A DNA stretch of 52,782 nt from Escherichia phage vB_EcoM_IntR. The position numbers and the translations under genes were made by a program. Below the pieces are notes generated by a model. The model had not been told where the DNA came from and made no database searches. It saw nothing but the letters and a program-made list of their open reading frames with translations. Each line of letters opens with the position of its first letter. Positions within the stretch are counted from its first letter, which is position 1. The stretch lies in sequence record OM313460. One strand, written 5' to 3'. Shown here in pieces: positions 9,184 to 18,836 of the stretch.

Positions 9184-10746
9184 ATGTCGATAACCCCAAG
9201 CAGCACGCCTAACGTCGGATACCAGCGTCCTGAGCTGACTAAGAACGCTGGTAAGTACCGAATGATTAAGGACTGCATCGAGGGTCAGGAAGCTGTTAAA
9301 GCACGCGGTGATTTTTATCTGCCTCGTCCTGACCCTACGAACTGCACAGAAGAAAACCTGATGCGGTACAACTCGTACCTGCGTCGCGCTGTGTTCTATA
9401 ACGTACTACAGCGAACTCTTTCGGGTATGACTGGTCTGGTATTCCAGCAGCAACCTGAAATGCTGATGCCTGATGATATGGAAGTGCTGAAAGTAAATAT
9501 CGACGGTGCAGGTATCGGTGCTATTCAGCAAATGCGTAAGTGCTTTAAATCAGTGCTTGCGTTTGGACGGGCAGGATTGCTGACTGACTTTCCAAAAGCA
9601 CGTATCGGTGAGTTTGGTGAATCCATTGGTTTTACACGTAAAGAACTAATGGATGGAGAAGTGCAGCCGACAGTAACGCTGTACATGCCATGGCAGATTA
9701 TAAACTGGCGAGAAGAGTATCGCAACGGTAAAGTGATGCTCACTCAAGTTGTCATTTGCGAGCAAATACCGGGGGTTACTGATGGCTTTCAGCAAGACTA
9801 CACACCCGTGTGGCGTCACCTTTACCTGGATGAAGAAGGCAATTGCAACCAGTCTTTGTGGGTCAATAAGGGCGACAAGAATGCGCAGAACGTCTCCGGT
9901 GGTGCGTTGTATGTCACGCAAGAAAATGTTGTCTTACGCGACTCCAACGGCTTACCGCTGAAGTTTATTCCGTTCCAGTTTATTGGTTCTGAAACAAACA
10001 GCGCTGAGATTGACCCTCCGCCGATGTACGACTTAGCTGTGCTTAATATCGCACACTACCGTAACTCTGCTGACTACGAAGAATCATGCTTCGTAACAGG
10101 TCAACCCACAGTATGGGCGTCTGGACTTACTGAAGCATGGGTTGAAGATGTTCTGAAGGGTGAACTGCGACTCGGTTCGTTTGGTGGTATTCCGCTGCCG
10201 GCTAACGCCGCTGTAGGTATTATTCAGACCAACCCTAACACCCAGCCGTTTGAAGCGATGAAGCAAAAAGAAGCGCAGATGATTGCAATCGGTGCTCGAC
10301 TGATTCGCGAGAATGGTAAGGTAGAACGACGCGAAGTTGAGATTAAGAATGAAGCTGCATCTGAAGCTTCGCTTATCGTAACTGTTGCGCAGAACGTTGA
10401 AGCTGCTTATCGTAAAGCAATCGAATGGTGTGGCCTGTTCTACGGACACCCTAAAGAAGAAATTACGATTAACCTCAGCTACAACTTCATCTATAGCCAG
10501 TTGACTTATCAAGAACGTCAGCAGCTGGTTAACGAATGGATTGCTGGTGCTATCACGTTTAGTGAGATGCGTAGCAATCTTAAACAGGCTGGCATTGCTA
10601 AGCTCACCGACGAAGAAGCTAAGAAGCTAATTGATGAAGAGCTGGCTGAACGCGATGCGCGTGAGGTAGCAAAAGAAGCAGAAAAGAACGCTCAAGCAGC
10701 TAAGAACAGTGATGGGCAGGAAAATAATCCAGAAAAAACTGAATAA
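9184..10746 (+). CDS. portal protein
   Basis: 520-aa protein between terminase and scaffold/capsid genes; acidic C-terminus. Confidence 0.65.
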   Translation: MSITPSSTPNVGYQRPELTKNAGKYRMIKDCIEGQEAVKARGDFYLPRPDPTNCTEENLMRYNSYLRRAVFYNVLQRTLSGMTGLVFQQQPEMLMPDDMEVLKVNIDGAGIGAIQQMRKCFKSVLAFGRAGLLTDFPKARIGEFGESIGFTRKELMDGEVQPTVTLYMPWQIINWREEYRNGKVMLTQVVICEQIPGVTDGFQQDYTPVWRHLYLDEEGNCNQSLWVNKGDKNAQNVSGGALYVTQENVVLRDSNGLPLKFIPFQFIGSETNSAEIDPPPMYDLAVLNIAHYRNSADYEESCFVTGQPTVWASGLTEAWVEDVLKGELRLGSFGGIPLPANAAVGIIQTNPNTQPFEAMKQKEAQMIAIGARLIRENGKVERREVEIKNEAASEASLIVTVAQNVEAAYRKAIEWCGLFYGHPKEEITINLSYNFIYSQLTYQERQQLVNEWIAGAITFSEMRSNLKQAGIAKLTDEEAKKLIDEELAERDAREVAKEAEKNAQAAKNSDGQENNPEKTE

Positions 10747-10751
10747 AGCTA

Positions 10752-10780
10752 TTTACTTTCGGTTTACCTGGCTATATAAT
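10752..10780 (+). promoter_or_regulatory. sigma70-type promoter (TTTACT-N17-TATAAT)
   Basis: TTTACT 10752-10757, TATAAT 10775-10780. Confidence 0.55.
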
Positions 10781-10782
10781 CC

Positions 10783-10875
10783 TTCATGTCAACCGCGCAA
10801 CAGCCGGCCACGAGAGTCTGCAGGGCTCAGTGGATTTCGGATGGCTGGCTGCGCGGTTCGACCCAAACCTGTTCG
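10783..10875 (+). ncRNA. structured leader RNA (long imperfect hairpin) upstream of scaffold gene
   Basis: AACCGCGCAACAGCCGGCC ... GGCTGGCTGCGCGGTT inverted repeat downstream of the promoter -10. Confidence 0.3.
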
Positions 10876-10923
10876 GAGCCCACTTGAGTGGATTGAGCCC
10901 CTCTCATATAGGATTGTAAAATT

Positions 10924-11637
10924 ATGGCACTTAAAACAGTTGTAACTGACCTTACCGAAGTTGATGAAGGCTTCCGTGGCCTGTATATCAAAGACGAAGC
11001 ATCTGGCGCATTCCGTTTGGACGTTGAACCAGACGAAAAAACGCTGAAAGAATTAGAAGACCTGCGCAAAGAAAAACAGCGTATGGAACAGCACACCAAA
11101 AAGCTTCTCGAAGAAAAGAAAAAAGAAGCTGAACGTGCTCGCCTGGCTGAAGAAGAACGCGCACGTCGTGAGCGTGATGTTGAATCTCTTGAGCGCTCTA
11201 TCAAAGAGAAACATCAGGCTGAACTGGAACAGTATACTAATCGTCAGGCACAGCTGCAAGCTCAGCTGGAAGCGCAAATGGTTGATAACCTGGCGCTGAA
11301 CCTGGCTAACCAACTCTCTGACACCCCGGCACTTATTATGCCACACATCAAGGCCCGACTGCGCGCTCAGGAAATTGATGGTAAGTGGCGTACTACTGTC
11401 GTGGATGTTATGGGTAACCCGACTGCTACAACGCCAGATGAGCTAGTGGAACATATGCGCGCTGATAAGCAGTTTGCACCTCTTGTGCGTGGAACCAAGG
11501 CTGGCGGTGGCGGTGCCAACGGCGGCGGAGCTAATCCTGGTGGGAACGGCGGTGGCGAACAGCACACTTTCGGAGGCGGGGACGACCGCATAGCACGTGC
11601 TCGTGCTAAAATCCAAAACACACAATGGGGCAAATAA
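10924..11637 (+). CDS. scaffolding protein
   Basis: Charged coiled-coil (E/K/R-rich) with Gly-rich C-terminus; located directly upstream of the major capsid gene. Confidence 0.6.
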   Translation: MALKTVVTDLTEVDEGFRGLYIKDEASGAFRLDVEPDEKTLKELEDLRKEKQRMEQHTKKLLEEKKKEAERARLAEEERARRERDVESLERSIKEKHQAELEQYTNRQAQLQAQLEAQMVDNLALNLANQLSDTPALIMPHIKARLRAQEIDGKWRTTVVDVMGNPTATTPDELVEHMRADKQFAPLVRGTKAGGGGANGGGANPGGNGGGEQHTFGGGDDRIARARAKIQNTQWGK

Positions 11638-11640
11638 TTT

Positions 11641-12618
11641 ATGTCACTGTATATTTTTAACGAACAAGTACGTTCTACCGCCACCGAACGGGTCGACCAG
11701 GACGTACAGAAGTTCAACGAAGCTTCTGCAGGTACCCTTATCCTGGGTAACCAGTACGTAATCGGTGATTACGTTGAGCAGGCAATGTGGCAGCTGGTTG
11801 ACGGTATCGCTACTCGTCGTAACGCTTACGCAGGCACCAACAAAGTTGATGCGCAGACTCTGGGCCAGATTCTGGACCGTTCTGTTAAGATCGACGGCCG
11901 TGTTGGTCCTCTGAACATTACCGGTACTATGATGCGTCGCATCGGTGCAGGTGATACTGAACCAGCAGCTGTTGTTGCTGCACAGGCTTCTGCTGCGATG
12001 TTCCAGGACTACCTGAACACCACTGCTGCATGTCTGGTAGCTGCTATCGGCGCAAACGCTGATGTTGTTCTGGACGTAACTGCAGGTTCCGGTGCTGCTG
12101 CAAACATCACTATGCAGAACCTGAACAAAGTAAACGCTAAGATGGGTGACCGTTCTCAGCAGATTCGTGCATACATCATGCATTCTACTGCGTTCCACTC
12201 TCTCATCGACCAGGCCATCAACAACACGGAACACCTGTTCCAGATTGGTGACCTGAACGTATACAAAGACTTCCTGGGTCGTCGTTATGTCGTTTCCGAC
12301 ATCCCGGCTCTGGTTGATGGCGCCGGTGCTTCCGCTAAGTACCGCACTCTGGGTCTAACCCCGTCTGCTGCAATCGTTCAGGTCGGCGGCCTGTACGATA
12401 TGGTTACCTCCGAGCAAACCGGTGGTGAAAACATCCTGCGTCAGATGCAGGGTGAATACGACTTCAACGTGTCGCTGAAAGGCTACAGCTGGGTCGGTCA
12501 CAAAGCTGGTCAGTCTCCGACTGATGAAGACCTGGCTGCTCAAGCGTCCTGGTCTAAAGTTGCGACTTCCAACAAAGACACCGCTGGTGTTATGCTGCTG
12601 GCTAAGTCTGCAATCTAA
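11641..12618 (+). CDS. major capsid protein
   Basis: 325-aa Ala/Gly-rich protein after the scaffold gene; followed by a strong terminator. Confidence 0.7.
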   Translation: MSLYIFNEQVRSTATERVDQDVQKFNEASAGTLILGNQYVIGDYVEQAMWQLVDGIATRRNAYAGTNKVDAQTLGQILDRSVKIDGRVGPLNITGTMMRRIGAGDTEPAAVVAAQASAAMFQDYLNTTAACLVAAIGANADVVLDVTAGSGAAANITMQNLNKVNAKMGDRSQQIRAYIMHSTAFHSLIDQAINNTEHLFQIGDLNVYKDFLGRRYVVSDIPALVDGAGASAKYRTLGLTPSAAIVQVGGLYDMVTSEQTGGENILRQMQGEYDFNVSLKGYSWVGHKAGQSPTDEDLAAQASWSKVATSNKDTAGVMLLAKSAI

Positions 12619-12640
12619 CCCACAAACGGGACTAACAAAA

Positions 12641-12670
12641 GGCGAGCTGACGAGCTCGCCTTTTTTATTT
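12641..12670 (+). terminator. rho-independent terminator
   Basis: GGCGAGC...GCTCGCC stem followed by TTTTTTATTT. Confidence 0.75.
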
Positions 12671-12696
12671 ACACGTATAAAGTTCTGGTATATAAT
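12668..12696 (+). promoter_or_regulatory. sigma70-type promoter (TTTACA-N17-TATAAT)
   Basis: TTTACA 12668-12673, TATAAT 12691-12696; overlaps the terminator T-tract. Confidence 0.55.
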
Positions 12697-12722
12697 CGGA
12701 CTAAACTTGCTGGAGGCTTTAT

Positions 12723-13223
12723 ATGGCATACACACTTGTTGTGGAAGACGGTTCAATCGTTCCGGGTGCTAACTCGTATGTTAGCGCTGCAGAAGTAGAT
12801 GAGTTTATCACTAACGAAGGTCTTCTCATTCAGCCAGGAACTGACCCGTACTACCAGGCTGCCAAAGCAGCTATTCGACTTGATAACCAGTTTAACTGGC
12901 TAGGCCGTAAGGTCAGCAAAACACAGAACATGGCTTGGCCCCGTACTGGCCTCGGTGCATGCAATGTTGACATCGCGGAGTCTGTAATTCCGCGAGAAGT
13001 TAAGCTGGCACAGCTTTATATGATGGCCAGTGTATTGAGCTATGACGGCGAAGAAGGTGTGCGTAGCGACCAGGCTTTGCGCCGTAAGAAAGTTGGTAAC
13101 CTGGAGATTGAATACTTCGACTCCAAATCAGGCGTTACCGGCGCAACTGACCTTTGGACGTCAGACGTCAAGGCCATGCTCAAGCACCTTGTGGGTGCAT
13201 CCCTGAGAACGCGGAGAGTATAA
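12723..13223 (+). CDS. head-tail connector / head completion protein (putative)
   Basis: 166-aa ORF right after the capsid gene, GGAGG RBS; assignment by position. Confidence 0.45.
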   Translation: MAYTLVVEDGSIVPGANSYVSAAEVDEFITNEGLLIQPGTDPYYQAAKAAIRLDNQFNWLGRKVSKTQNMAWPRTGLGACNVDIAESVIPREVKLAQLYMMASVLSYDGEEGVRSDQALRRKKVGNLEIEYFDSKSGVTGATDLWTSDVKAMLKHLVGASLRTRRV

Positions 13224-13711
13224 TGATTCGCATACGCCTTGAACGTCGCGACAAACAAAAGTTCGAGTTCACCTACCGTGCCTTTAAGTCGTTTGAAGGT
13301 CAAGGCGTATCAGTAGGTGTTCATCCAGAACACAACAGACGTGTAAACCCTAGAGATCGTATAACAAACGCTGAGCTTGCAATGGTGCATGAGTACGGTC
13401 TTAACGGTCTACCAGAACGAAGCTTTCTTCGTAGCGCTGTTGGTGGTAGGGGTAAAGGTCGACAGGCGATAAACAAAGCTTTCCGTGATAACGTGCCTGC
13501 CGTTCTTAGAGGAAGCATGACTGCCCATGAACTTAACGACAGAATAGGCCGTATGCTTGTCGATGCTGTTCACGACAGAATGGACAGTGATGTACCGCCT
13601 CCTAACACCGAGCTGACAGAAGAGCGCAAGCGCGGACCTGGTACGCTTAGAGAATCTATGCAGTTGTATGATTCGATAGGGTACAAGGTCGGCAGAAACT
13701 GGAGGCTATAA
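13223..13711 (+). CDS. neck / head-closure protein (putative)
   Basis: ATG at 13223 overlapping the upstream TAA, GGAGA RBS (ORF-track start 13154 is upstream and overlapping). Confidence 0.45.
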   Translation: MIRIRLERRDKQKFEFTYRAFKSFEGQGVSVGVHPEHNRRVNPRDRITNAELAMVHEYGLNGLPERSFLRSAVGGRGKGRQAINKAFRDNVPAVLRGSMTAHELNDRIGRMLVDAVHDRMDSDVPPPNTELTEERKRGPGTLRESMQLYDSIGYKVGRNWRL

Positions 13712-14088
13712 TGCTCAAGATAACTTCGCTAATGAAGGATAAAACCTTTGTAGCATTAACGGATGTTCTTCTCCGAAACGATTCGCGCTTACCAAATGGC
13801 GACTTCGAAGACGAATATACAGCTGCAAAGTATCTGTGTAACATTCAACCTGGTGCAGCTACCAACCAGCCTAACCTGTTGACTAAAGACGATGGCGAGC
13901 ATGAGTTCCCACGTATTGCGATATACAGTGGACAAGAGCTGAAGCTCGGAGACTTCGTTATATACGAAGACCAACCATACCGTGTATTCCGTATCGACCC
14001 ATGGAGTCGTCATGGCCACTACTACGTTACAGCAATTCTCCATAAAGGACCTCAGGGAGCTCGTTCAGAAGCTTTTACCATTACCTGA
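13711..14088 (+). CDS. neck / tail-completion protein (putative)
   Basis: ATG overlapping upstream stop, GGAGG RBS. Confidence 0.4.
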   Translation: MLKITSLMKDKTFVALTDVLLRNDSRLPNGDFEDEYTAAKYLCNIQPGAATNQPNLLTKDDGEHEFPRIAIYSGQELKLGDFVIYEDQPYRVFRIDPWSRHGHYYVTAILHKGPQGARSEAFTIT

Positions 14089-14539
14089 CGGGACATGTAT
14101 TATTGGTGAAGAGTCTGGTACAGTCGATGGTAGTCCGTATGTTTACTTGCGCCCTGGCGACGCATATGACTTCGGACCTCCTCGAACCAAACAAGGCGCT
14201 GACGGCTTTGAGTACGTCAGTAAACCTATGATGACATCTGTACGTATTACAGCTGTCGGTAAGAATGCTGCTGAGTTAATGCGTAAGCTACATATAGCAC
14301 TGGGTAGCTCACCAGCTAAGCAGTTTAACCGTTTACGGCATTATGCAATAACCAAAATATCGAAGATTGATAATGTCGGTGGTGCTATTGGTGCAGGCTA
14401 TGCGCAGAAATCAATGATGACTGTCGACATTAGCTATGTACATAAAGTTAAAATTGAGCAACCGTACATCTACAAGGTTGACATCACTTGTATGGATGAT
14501 AACGGTAACAAAGCGACTGGTACAGTAGAGGAACCGTAA
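14012..14539 (+). CDS. tail completion protein (putative)
   Basis: ATG at 14012 with GGAG RBS (ORF-track start 13982 is GTG); overlaps the previous ORF by 77 nt. Confidence 0.4.
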   Translation: MATTTLQQFSIKDLRELVQKLLPLPDGTCIIGEESGTVDGSPYVYLRPGDAYDFGPPRTKQGADGFEYVSKPMMTSVRITAVGKNAAELMRKLHIALGSSPAKQFNRLRHYAITKISKIDNVGGAIGAGYAQKSMMTVDISYVHKVKIEQPYIYKVDITCMDDNGNKATGTVEEP

Positions 14540-15162
14540 TGGCAACTGAAGTAGACCCGGAACTGCAAGCGCAGCTGGATAAGCTAACAACTGCTGTCCA
14601 GCTTATTCATGACTTCGGTATGTCAGACGACTCAAGCATCCCTAACCCGGAAGGCGGTGTCATACGCACACTCGAAGGCATTAACGCTGCAATCAATGAA
14701 GCTATACCAAATTTTGAAAATGCTAACGAAGCTGCTATACAGGCGCGTGCTGCTCGTGATGCGGCTATTGCAGCCAAAGAAGCTGCAGAAACCGCAGCTG
14801 AACAGGCCACAGTATCTTCTACGTCAGCAATCTATGAGTACGGCAACGTTGCAAGTGCAGCTACTGTAACTATACCTGCTGCATCTAAAACAATTGTCAG
14901 TCTTACTCTTAACCAGCCAAACACCGTAATTAATATCGGTGGTGTATCTGACCCGTCTACTGTTGCGCGTCAGATTACTATTGCTATTAAGCAAGGCACT
15001 GGTTCTAACAAGGTGACTGCCTGGGATCCCAGAATAAAATGGGCAAACAACAGAAAGCCCGTTCTGTCATTCCTTGTGGGTTACACAGATGTTGTTACGT
15101 TGCTTACATTTGACTCAGGAGCAACTTGGATGGGTTTCTTTAACGGTGGATGGATTAAATAA
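14539..15162 (+). CDS. virion structural protein (Ala-rich coiled region)
   Basis: 207-aa ORF, GAGGA RBS, start overlaps upstream stop. Confidence 0.4.
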   Translation: MATEVDPELQAQLDKLTTAVQLIHDFGMSDDSSIPNPEGGVIRTLEGINAAINEAIPNFENANEAAIQARAARDAAIAAKEAAETAAEQATVSSTSAIYEYGNVASAATVTIPAASKTIVSLTLNQPNTVINIGGVSDPSTVARQITIAIKQGTGSNKVTAWDPRIKWANNRKPVLSFLVGYTDVVTLLTFDSGATWMGFFNGGWIK

Positions 15163-18119
15163 TGCACACGATGTTGCTTAAAGACGGATCAGACCATCGA
15201 GCTAATGTCGAAAGCCTTATCGAAGGTCACCACCACTTTCTTGAGCGCAATACTGGTAGAACTGACGACGCTACGCGTCAGCACTATATCTTCAACCCAG
15301 AAGGAGTAGTGTCGAACAACCGCCATTTTATTGCGCACACTATGATGGAGTACCAACCTAACGGTGATGCTCCGTCTGAAAGTCAGTCGCTGCTGATACT
15401 CGGCGAAATTCACGCGTACCTTGCTACTAAGGAACAGCGGTATCTGGACAAAGCAATTGAGTACTTCAATGCTTACGTCAAATACTATTACGAGGGTGAC
15501 CCAATCCCTGATACTCCTCGTCGCTGGATCGCTAACTGGCTTTGTAATGGCAAAGAGCCTGTGCTAGCCAGCTTCCCGATCAACCCTGATTCACCAACAC
15601 AGGGTGGATATAAAAATGTGCCAGTTAAATTTGTTAACGGCAAAGCACAAATCCCTCATGGTTCTCCTTTCTGGGGCGAGTACCTGGATGTTGCTACTTG
15701 GGCCCACAGGGGACACATGGCATGGCCTGCTATTAATGGCGGGGTGCGTGTTATTAAAAATGAAGTTAACTGGGATGATATTTACAACAATTATCGCATC
15801 ACTACCATGCCAGCTGACCCATGGAATCAGTTAGCCTGGATTGACTGGCCGAGGTACCTCGGTGAGCCAAGCTACACTGTGGACTGGTCTGCTGCTGAAC
15901 CTCCTATACATCTCATCGAGTATATTGTTGCGTGGACCAATAACAAGATTGGTGTTCTACCTGGCAAAAACGATGAGCTATGGGGAGGCGAGATTCTTGA
16001 GACTGGACTGCCTGACTCTCGCAGGGGTGAGATTCAGCTTCGTGACCATACTATCAATGGTGTGTACCTGCTTAACTATGCTGTTAAGCTTCCTGTTGAA
16101 CACGGTGGTTATTTGCTCAAGCGAAATGAAGTATGGCACAACAGACCTGTGAACGTTCCACTGTACGGCGAGCTTCAGCGCGGTAATGCTGCTGATGCTG
16201 AGTTGTGGTTCTGTGACTGCTGCTATATGCTGTGGCGAATTACTAACGAGCAAAAGTATTACAACGCTTGGCAAGCTGTCCTGTTTACACTGGAGGAGTA
16301 TATTGACATCGATAAACAAGACCAGTTCTTCCGACAAGACACTCACGCGTCGTCTCCGTTTACTGATGGCATCTCTTATGATTGGTCTTATCCTGAACTG
16401 GCACAAGCTATATATTCACGTGATGAAAATGGTTATATAGTTCTACGTCAGAACGAAAAAGCTCAATCATCTCTGGAGCAGCAGGCTGTATGGTTTAAGT
16501 GTAAGCCAACAGCTAAGATACGTACAGAAGTTGGTGGCAAAGATGATGCTGGTCAGAATATCAGTGTCAAGGTGGAAATGTACATGAACCGTGAAAAGGT
16601 TGACGTCGAGCAAAACATCTATCGTTTTGTCACACAGCTACCTGCTCTTGGCGCTTCGCCTGCTAACTACGACATTCCGTTAAGCGATTTTGTCGCAGGT
16701 ACTAAGCCAGACGGTTCTGAGTATATCTTAGCTGATATTCGTTCATCCACTGATTATGGTAATGCCACTATTGCAGTGTCTTACCGTACTGACATACTCG
16801 ACAACAGACGTGGCAACACTGTTCGTATGACGATACCGGATAGTTCGTCAGGTGCCATTATAGGCTTTTGGCTACTGGAATCTTCCCAGGCACCTTTAAA
16901 CTCGCTGACGTATACTTCTACAGGTCCGTTGTACATCAAAGTAACTGACGCGCAAGGCTGGAGCTGGGTACGTGATTTACCTGCCGCATCAGGCTGGGTA
17001 ACTCAGCAGATTCGTACATGGGAGTTCAGGCTGGCGTCATACCAGGAAAACCCAGGTACACCACCAGCTAGCCCACAATTCGGCGAGATTAAGCAGTTCT
17101 CGTTTGTACTGCCTGACGGCGTTAATACGTCGACAAGTATTAGCTGGTACTGTGTGAATGATGTTCCGCCTCGCTATAACTGGCCAATTGGTTATACGAT
17201 TAAGTATCGTCTTACTTTCTCGGCTGATAACCCGTACACAGCTAAGCTTGGCGACTGTACTGTGCTGGACTATGAGAATGATAACCTTGCTTACACGCCA
17301 GGTGTTATTCCGTTCTCCAACATTTATAACCCTGATTCTAAGCAGTTCGATGGTTGGCACGGTATACCTTACCCTGGCTATCAGTATCCGTTTGTCTTTA
17401 CGCATGACGATACTGCAGCAGGTACAATCAGGCTGAACAACATGGTTAACTTTTTGTACGATTCTCAGCAATGGTACTATAAGAAGTTTGGTCAGCTAGG
17501 TCCTGGTGCATCTGCTTTTATCTGGAACCGTTGGGATAACTTTAAATACGGTGTACCTGATACGTTTACCATGTATCACTGGGGTAATGGTAGTGCATGG
17601 TCAGGTTACCAGCCTCGTGCTTATTTCTCCGCAGCACGTGGATGGTATGAGCTAGTAAACCGTGGTAAGCCGGTTCCGAGTAAGCTTATTGCTTACGTGG
17701 ATAACTGGTCAAAATGGTTGCTTGACTTCATGGAAAGGTCAGGAGGTGTGTCACCTTCTAACTTCCCGCAAGAAGGTGTTGCTCTGCCAGTCCCTTCAGA
17801 CTTCACAGGCCACATGTGTGGACTATGGCTTGCTGGTGCAGCTATGTCAGCCCTTTGTGGGTCAACAGTATCAGGACTTGATAAGCTGATGGATATGCTT
17901 GTCAATGAGCTAGAAGACCACTATGACATAACTGGTATTCCGGGACATGTAATGGATGGTGGTTGGTCGCCAGCGTTACGCCTTGAAACTGGTACCGGAC
18001 CTGAAAGCAACGCCATGTACTATGGTTTTTACTCTGGCGAAATATTACGAGGGCTGGGGTTATACTTACTGTACAAAAACAAAGGGGCTAAAGCAGATAT
18101 TTATGATTTAGGCCCGTAA
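15162..18119 (+). CDS. large virion-associated protein (985 aa), possible glycan-degrading enzyme
   Basis: Long uninterrupted ORF rich in Trp/Tyr; inserted between neck genes and the tail sheath gene. Confidence 0.5.
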   Translation: MHTMLLKDGSDHRANVESLIEGHHHFLERNTGRTDDATRQHYIFNPEGVVSNNRHFIAHTMMEYQPNGDAPSESQSLLILGEIHAYLATKEQRYLDKAIEYFNAYVKYYYEGDPIPDTPRRWIANWLCNGKEPVLASFPINPDSPTQGGYKNVPVKFVNGKAQIPHGSPFWGEYLDVATWAHRGHMAWPAINGGVRVIKNEVNWDDIYNNYRITTMPADPWNQLAWIDWPRYLGEPSYTVDWSAAEPPIHLIEYIVAWTNNKIGVLPGKNDELWGGEILETGLPDSRRGEIQLRDHTINGVYLLNYAVKLPVEHGGYLLKRNEVWHNRPVNVPLYGELQRGNAADAELWFCDCCYMLWRITNEQKYYNAWQAVLFTLEEYIDIDKQDQFFRQDTHASSPFTDGISYDWSYPELAQAIYSRDENGYIVLRQNEKAQSSLEQQAVWFKCKPTAKIRTEVGGKDDAGQNISVKVEMYMNREKVDVEQNIYRFVTQLPALGASPANYDIPLSDFVAGTKPDGSEYILADIRSSTDYGNATIAVSYRTDILDNRRGNTVRMTIPDSSSGAIIGFWLLESSQAPLNSLTYTSTGPLYIKVTDAQGWSWVRDLPAASGWVTQQIRTWEFRLASYQENPGTPPASPQFGEIKQFSFVLPDGVNTSTSISWYCVNDVPPRYNWPIGYTIKYRLTFSADNPYTAKLGDCTVLDYENDNLAYTPGVIPFSNIYNPDSKQFDGWHGIPYPGYQYPFVFTHDDTAAGTIRLNNMVNFLYDSQQWYYKKFGQLGPGASAFIWNRWDNFKYGVPDTFTMYHWGNGSAWSGYQPRAYFSAARGWYELVNRGKPVPSKLIAYVDNWSKWLLDFMERSGGVSPSNFPQEGVALPVPSDFTGHMCGLWLAGAAMSALCGSTVSGLDKLMDMLVNELEDHYDITGIPGHVMDGGWSPALRLETGTGPESNAMYYGFYSGEILRGLGLYLLYKNKGAKADIYDLGP

Positions 18120-18125
18120 CCACTA

Positions 18126-18154
18126 TTTACTTAACCGAGGCGCCAGCCTATAAT
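18126..18154 (+). promoter_or_regulatory. sigma70-type promoter with -10 inside an inverted repeat
   Basis: TTTACT 18126-18131, TATAAT 18149-18154; GCGCCAGC..GCTGGCGC inverted repeat spans the -10. Confidence 0.5.
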
Positions 18155-18186
18155 AAGCTGGCGCACCCAATAAGAGGATTCTCCAG

Positions 18187-18825
18187 ATGGCAAATCGTAC
18201 TACAGCCAACCGTCATATTGAAGACGCAGACCTGCGTCAAGAGTCGGTTACTCAGTTCCCGTTAGCCAAGCCGACCAAGCTTGATGAGAACGGAAAATTC
18301 ATTCCAACCCCAGTTACCGGTGTAACTGTTACCCCTAAAACTAAGTCAATTGCTGTTGGTGAGTTTACTACTCTGACAGCAGCAGTAGCCCCGGCAGACG
18401 CAGATGACGTCACTGTATTGTGGGAAAGCGATGCACCTGACAAAGCCACTGTTGATGGTTCAGGTCGTGTTCAGGGTATCAAAGTAGGTTCAGCAACTAT
18501 TACTGCTAAATCCAAGCTTGACCCTGCCAAAACCGATACCGTAGCAATTACGGTAACTGCTCCGCCTGTAGCCGTCACTGGTGTTACGTTAGCGCCTAAG
18601 TCGCCCAGCGTTGTAGTAGGCTCTACTGTACAGCTGACTGCAACTGTGCTGCCTGCTGGCGCTACTAACAAAGCTGTTACCTACGAGTCCAATGACACGG
18701 CTAAAGCTACTGTTAGCGCTACCGGTCTGGTGACTGGTAAAGCAGCTGGCGTCGTCACCATCACTGTCAAAACAGCTGATGGCAGCTTCACTGACACCGC
18801 GTCAGTAACTGTTACTGCCGAGTAA
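18187..18825 (+). CDS. bacterial Ig-like (BIG2-type) domain protein
   Basis: Two Thr/Val-rich repeats of the pattern VTGVT...ATVD..G.V.G...G.ATIT..T.DG. Confidence 0.6.
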   Translation: MANRTTANRHIEDADLRQESVTQFPLAKPTKLDENGKFIPTPVTGVTVTPKTKSIAVGEFTTLTAAVAPADADDVTVLWESDAPDKATVDGSGRVQGIKVGSATITAKSKLDPAKTDTVAITVTAPPVAVTGVTLAPKSPSVVVGSTVQLTATVLPAGATNKAVTYESNDTAKATVSATGLVTGKAAGVVTITVKTADGSFTDTASVTVTAE

Positions 18826-18836
18826 GGAGCTGATTG

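Noticed and set aside
15162-18119. The 985-aa ORF as the tail tape measure protein
   Set aside because: A bona fide tape measure with a chaperone and frameshift lies at 23245..24927 in the canonical position; the 985-aa protein is Trp/Tyr-rich rather than alpha-helical repeat.
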